DNA from: Massalongia carnosa
Lineage: Eukaryota
Length of the DNA: 64,000 nucleotides
Reading direction: 5' to 3'
Assembly: GCA_965645245.1 (NCBI GenBank)
Contig: OZ287086.1
Location: 1,054,001-1,118,000, forward strand
The first letter of the stretch is position 1, and every line of letters begins with the position of its first letter. The notes below the pieces were generated by a model. The model searched no databases and was not told where the DNA came from. It saw nothing but the letters and a program-made list of their open reading frames with translations. A program made the translations under genes and the position numbers. Below are positions 58,565-64,000 of the stretch, in pieces.

Positions 58565-58579
58565 AAAAAATAAACAGTG

Positions 58580-61500
58580 GCCTCATTATCGACTACGAAA
58601 TCAAGGACTGCGAAAGGTTCACCAAGGGATGCACTGTGACGCAATGCTTCAACTGTCACAAATACGGTCACATTGGTCGCTCATGCCCAAACCCTACCAC
58701 CTGTGGCTACTGCGCCGGATGCAACATGGAAACAACGGGTAGATACCGAAGATGTGCTGCATGCAATGAGAAAGGACATGAAGCATGATCTACATCTTGC
58801 GAAATCAGGAAATCAGAAAAACGTAAAGCAGACAAGGCCATGCAAAATCGGGTCCCGTTTTACTCAGTTGTCGCCCTCGCACCAACCCCGTTCAAATTTC
58901 AAGGCGAAATCATAAACACAAACACAAACAACGCAAGCAGCAAAAAGCGGAAAATCGTATCACCTCCGGATTCGCCTCTCATTCCTCCAAGAATCGGAAC
59001 AACCTGGGCTGACACCGGTATCATGAACCCAGAGAACATGGCGAAGGCCCTCGCAAAACCAATCGTAGATAAGCCACCAATTAGGCCCCGAGGTGAGTCT
59101 ACAGCTCCCATTATCCTCAATGCAAATGCGTCAACTAACGCCTCCCCCACGACCGCTCAGGTCAACTCCATGGACGTCTTATGAAGAACACAAACTCTCT
59201 CTCCATACTACAGTATAACGTCAGAAATGACAGAGTGAGTACTATGTTACCCCTCTTAGCAGACCCGAACACTCAGGATTATGACATTATCGCTATTCAA
59301 GAACCCTTGTGCAATCCCTTTGCTCCTACCACATTAAGCTCTCATCAAAGTGGATTTCACCTATTATATCGTCCAAATGGAGACACAAGGGTATGTTTCT
59401 ACATCAATGACTCAATTGATCCCGATAGTTGGGAAGTAGAATTCCTGTCGGCAGACATGTGCGCCCTAATAATACGCACAAAAATTGGAGAAACATCAGA
59501 AGTGATTCACGTTCATAACGTGTGCAATCCTTCCCCCGCTTCCTATTCCTCTATAGACAGTCCGTCAACTTTACCGATTGTAAAACGTCAGTTAACGACA
59601 AGATCAAATCACATTTGTTAGGCGACTTCAACCTACATCATCCTCTTTGGAACGATCCGTCCAGAACAACGCAAGATGCGGGCGCAGATCAACTGTTAAA
59701 CATAATTGAAGAGTCCAGTCTATCAAAAGGCACTATCACCTGGGAGGCTAGCCAATCGTTCAGCACCATCGACCTTGTATTCATGTCGGAGAATTTAACC
59801 GAAAGATTAGAACACTGCATGTCAAGACCTGAACTCAATCAGTCATCTGATCACATACTAATCTCGACCCGAATAACACTTGACAGTGAGCCTCAAACAA
59901 TCATCGAGCGTAGGGCATGGAAGTTATTGAACATGGAAAAATTGAAAGCTGAAAAACAGGCTTCCCTCATGTTCTCACGCCGAAATTGACGCGTACACCG
60001 TATCGATCCAAAAATTCCTTCAAGAAGTCATTAACGCCGCCGTTCCATGGGCCAGACCCAGTAAGTACGCTAAACCCTTTTGTAATGATGACTGCAGTGT
60101 AATTACGAAAGAAACACGCAGGCTCAGACGAGTCTGGACCAACTCCAGAGACCTCTCAGACTGGATAACATACACGAAGTTCAATCACAGAAAACAAAAA
60201 GTTATTCAAAAAGCTAAAAGACTATCGTTTCGCAAGGAAATAGAAAAGCCACTGGATCATCCATGGGATTATAGTGACTAGCCAAATGGGCAAAATACAA
60301 AAGTGAAAAGACAAGAGAACTTCCAAAAATGCCTAACCTCATCAAAGACGGCCAAATAGCATCCACATTCGAGGAAAAAACGGATATGCTTAAACAGAAA
60401 TTCTTCCCACCCGCTCCTCCTGCTGACCTCAGCGATATAGAGGGCTCTTTCTATCCTAGCCCTCCCCATTGTCCCATAATCGTAACCAGATCGGAAGTGA
60501 CAGAATCGATACGTCGACTCAAACCCGACACGGCACCTGGTCCGGACGGAATAGCCAACAGAATTGTAAAGGCGTGCTCCGAAAAGCTGTCCGATTTACT
60601 AACTCCTTTGTTTCAAGCATGCATAGATCAGGCATATCATCCACTCGCATTCAAGACCGCAAATACAATCACACTGAGAAAGATAGACAAAGACGACTAT
60701 ACGGCTCCGAACGCCTATCGCCCCATAGCACTTCTGAACACGCTCGGCAAGGTTATGGAATCTGTCATGTCCAAGAAAATTACTCACCTAGCGGAAACCC
60801 ACAGACTCCTACCGGACACACAGATGGGGGCCAGAAGAGGGAGATCAACCGAAACTGCTCTGGAATTGTTAACTGAACAGATCCACACAGTATGGGGACA
60901 AGGCAACGACAAAATAGCTACTCTGTTAAGCATGGACGTAGCAGGAGCGTATGATACAGTGTCACATCGACGTTTAATTCATAACCTGCGCAAACGAAAA
61001 ATCCCAAAATGGATTACTGACTGGGTAGACAATTTTTTAAACGAAAGAAGCACCACGCTAGCAATACATAGCCGAGTCACCGGCATATTCGAAGTACGAA
61101 CTGGAATACCACAAGGCTCTCCTATTTCTCCTATCCTTTATCTATTCTATAACGCAGACCTGTTAGACATATGTGAAAGACCCGGAACAAACACGAGCGC
61201 CTTAGGTTTCGTAGACGACATAAACGTACTAGCATATGGGAAAAGCACGGAAGAAAACTGCAAAACGCTGGAGGAAATTCACAAGAAATGCGAAAAATGG
61301 GCTATTCGATACGGATCAGTTTTTGCACCGAAAAAGTACGAACTGATACACTTGTCAAGAAATCCGAAGAAATTCAACATGTCTACTGTCGTTAGAATTG
61401 AAAACAGCATCATAGAACCAAAAACGGACATTAGAATCTTGGGACTTCGAATCGACACAAAATTGAAATGGGGTCCGCACGTCAGAAAGATCCAGGAAAA

Positions 61501-62723
61501 ATTAACAAAACAATCCAAGGCACTGACAAAAATTTCTACCTCCACATGGGGCGCCACCTTTCCAAAAGCCCGCCTAGTATACACCGCCGTAGTCCGTCCG
61601 GCAATGACGTATGGTTCTACCATATGGCACACGCCAAAGGACATAAAAAAATCGAACGGCATCTCAAACAAGCTAGCCGTCATACAGAATAAATGCTTAC
61701 AAACTATAGCTGGGGCATTTAAGGCGACTCCCATACCGGTACTGGAAGCGGAAACGTACATAGCCCCAATTGATATACATCTAGATCAACTTCAGGCTCA
61801 GGCTAGACATCGCTTGTGTCAGGGAGGTCAAAATAAATTCATCATCAATGCATGCAACTCCATTGCAAACAAACTCAAAGGACGGGCTGGACGAAAGCGA
61901 GCTCCTGCGAGTACTCCGGGAACGCTGAAATTGAAAATAACATCGGATACACAAAAAAGCCTGATGCCGGTAGCGAACCCACCATGGGCCGAAACCCCCC
62001 CAAATACAGCTCGAGACATCCAAGAAGCGCGTGCCGTTCAACGCAAAATAATCGCAAAATAAAACAACGATATACAGACGCATGGCAGACCTCTTGGAAA
62101 TCATATCAGAACCTCACATCTACGCCTACTCCAGCACAAGCAGCCCCACTCACAAAAACACGCATCAAATTGCACGAAACTCTAGCCAAAGCAGAAAGCG
62201 CTCTAACAATTCAGATACGCTCAGAAAAGATAGGTCTAGCCGACTTCCTATTTAGACGTCGCGTTCCCGACGTCTTGACACCGGGGTGTCCATGTGGCTG
62301 GCCAAAACAAACCGCGAAACATGTAATCATGTTTTGCAAACTCAACAGTAACAGACATTCAATGTTACGCTCCATAGGAACAAATAATTATCGACTCATT
62401 ACTGGCTCATCCAGAGCGATGAAACTAGTCGCCGCTTGGTTAATGAAGACCGGCTTACTAACCCAGTTCTCACTGGCAGCACAGCATTTATATCATTGAC
62501 AATTGGCGATTAAATACATCGATTCTTTTCTTTAACTTGTCATCGGTCAACTGTTCTTTAGGAAGATCTCTCGACGGAGACTCGGAGAGTATTCGTAGAA
62601 GTATCGGATTACTTGGTTTTTCTTCCTCAAAAGGTTTTCCATGTGTTATATAATCCCATAGACTTGCCCGCATGGGCCGGCCTTCGGCCGGTACCACATC
62701 GGAATAAGAATTATCATCATCAT
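58580..62723 (+). mobile_element. Tad1-like LINE, degenerate, 5'-truncated in ORF1
   Basis: ORF1 CCHC relic (QCFNCHKYGHIGRSC); APE endonuclease (QYNV, IAIQEP, GDFNLHHP, SDH); RT; C-terminal CxC..H..C; (CAT)n tail; several frameshifts. Confidence 0.92.
60329..62062 (+). pseudogene. LINE reverse transcriptase (ORF2 fragment)
   Basis: APGPDGI, YRPIALLN, DVAGAYD, GIPQGSPISP and FVDD motifs. Confidence 0.92.
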
Positions 62724-63469
62724 GACTTGCATTCTACTGAATCAATGTCTACTTTGTTCGTCGGCGAGGACAGTGACGTCTCTTCTTGATACAAGCAAAG
62801 CCGAATGCTGGCCAGTGATCTTAAAACCTCGAGGCGGTCACAAAAATGAATGACAGTCAAAACGCAGGATTCAGCTCAATGCTGCGCTGATGAAAGGCCG
62901 CTTGTTTCCACAATCGGATCAAACGACAGTTTCATCACGTAACGTAATCGTATCGAGAGCACTTCTCAAACTCAGGATCATTTCTTGATTTCCGAATCGG
63001 TCAAGATTGTAGCGATACCTACGCACTTTCAAGGTTATTTATGTTCAGTATCCACAGCAAACTTTCACACAGTCCTTCATACAGCCCTGGGACAAATTAA
63101 GATAAGCATATTTATGCCAGTATTTCGTTTAGTAAAAAACAATCTTCTCCGGCCGTTGTTTTTTGGATTCAAATACATGATCCTACCCCATACATCATGA
63201 TTGCCAACGGCGAAGAAAAAGGAGAAGGAGTAGAAACGACCACCAGGTAGCCGAGGGATGGATGCTCATGGACATGCAGCGGTAGTAGCACTACATATAT
63301 AGAAAAAGGAAAGACTTGACGAAAGAGCATTTGCCGATTTCGTCGATATCGAAGGAAAGATCGCACTAATCATTTAATTACCCAATCGGATTCTCGCTGG
63401 CAAATGTTAGATGGTCAGGTGATGTCGAAAAAAAGGGGTCAGCGTATATACATAACTTAAAAGTAATTC

Positions 63470-63573
63470 GGAGGCAGGCCGCGAAACAGCCGACGAAGGC
63501 TGAAGGCCATGGATAGCCGAAGGACCGAGTGGAGGCAGGCCGCGAACAGCCAACGAAGGCCGAAGGACAAAGG
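63470..63573. repeat. ~61-bp imperfect tandem duplication with cgaagg subrepeats
   Basis: ggaggcaggccgcgaa(a)cagcc occurs at ~63471 and ~63531. Confidence 0.7.
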
Positions 63574-64000
63574 AGGATGATTTCCAAAATAGTTGGACAA
63601 GCAAGGGAGAGAAAGGGCATAAATAGGTGGCCTTTTGGCACTCTTCTCCTCATCATCACCATTGATTCGGAGTTCAGCACCAAAAGGTCTTTTGCCCACC
63701 CACCCACCCACTCCCTGAATCAGCCGCATAGGTAGATGGAGTTTTTCCCCTCACTGCTGCCAAAACAAAGCCATTATAGGAGGGGCGCTCAGCAAAACTG
63801 AGCGCCAGCAGGGCAGCAGCGAGGGGAGAGTTGCCCAAACATAGATAGAAATTATGTATATGTTCAGCTGACACGATGGAGCCCGCGAATTAATTACGAA
63901 ACCTAATTAATTTCTCTTTCCCTCCTTTCCCCCCTTATCTGGGCTCTACCTAACTATCTATCTATACATGCATGCAGGCATGACTCTCTACCTCTCTACC

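Overview
Fungal (filamentous ascomycete-type) DNA, judged from short GT-AG introns and HET, MARVEL and RBR genes. It is a transposon-dense accessory region with multiply nested elements. Retroelements: one intact chromodomain Ty3/Gypsy (8732-14782), one intact Ty1/Copia (21611-27421) with a gag-pol readthrough signal, a rearranged Gypsy, three solo LTRs, two Tad1-like LINEs and a tyrosine-recombinase remnant. DNA transposons: three Tc1/mariner remnants, a piggyBac remnant and an Academ-like TIR element carrying a transposase and a convergent RecQ helicase (AcademH-like, about 19793-34104) with an adjacent related MITE. The most striking structure is a ~3 kb fold-back inverted duplication (15230-18161 vs 18592-21610 plus 27427-27717). 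At its centre are two convergent, truncated copies of a gene resembling Spok-family spore killers (heptad coiled-coil repeat plus PD-(D/E)xK nuclease region), a candidate hairpin-RNA locus. Non-TE genes: a 4-exon P-loop GTPase/membrane-domain fusion, a DUF3723-like pseudogene (Starship-associated family), a PD-(D/E)xK-like (DUF7924-like) gene, a MARVEL gene, an RBR E3 ligase and a HET-domain gene. Family assignments come from motif recognition by eye, not database searches.
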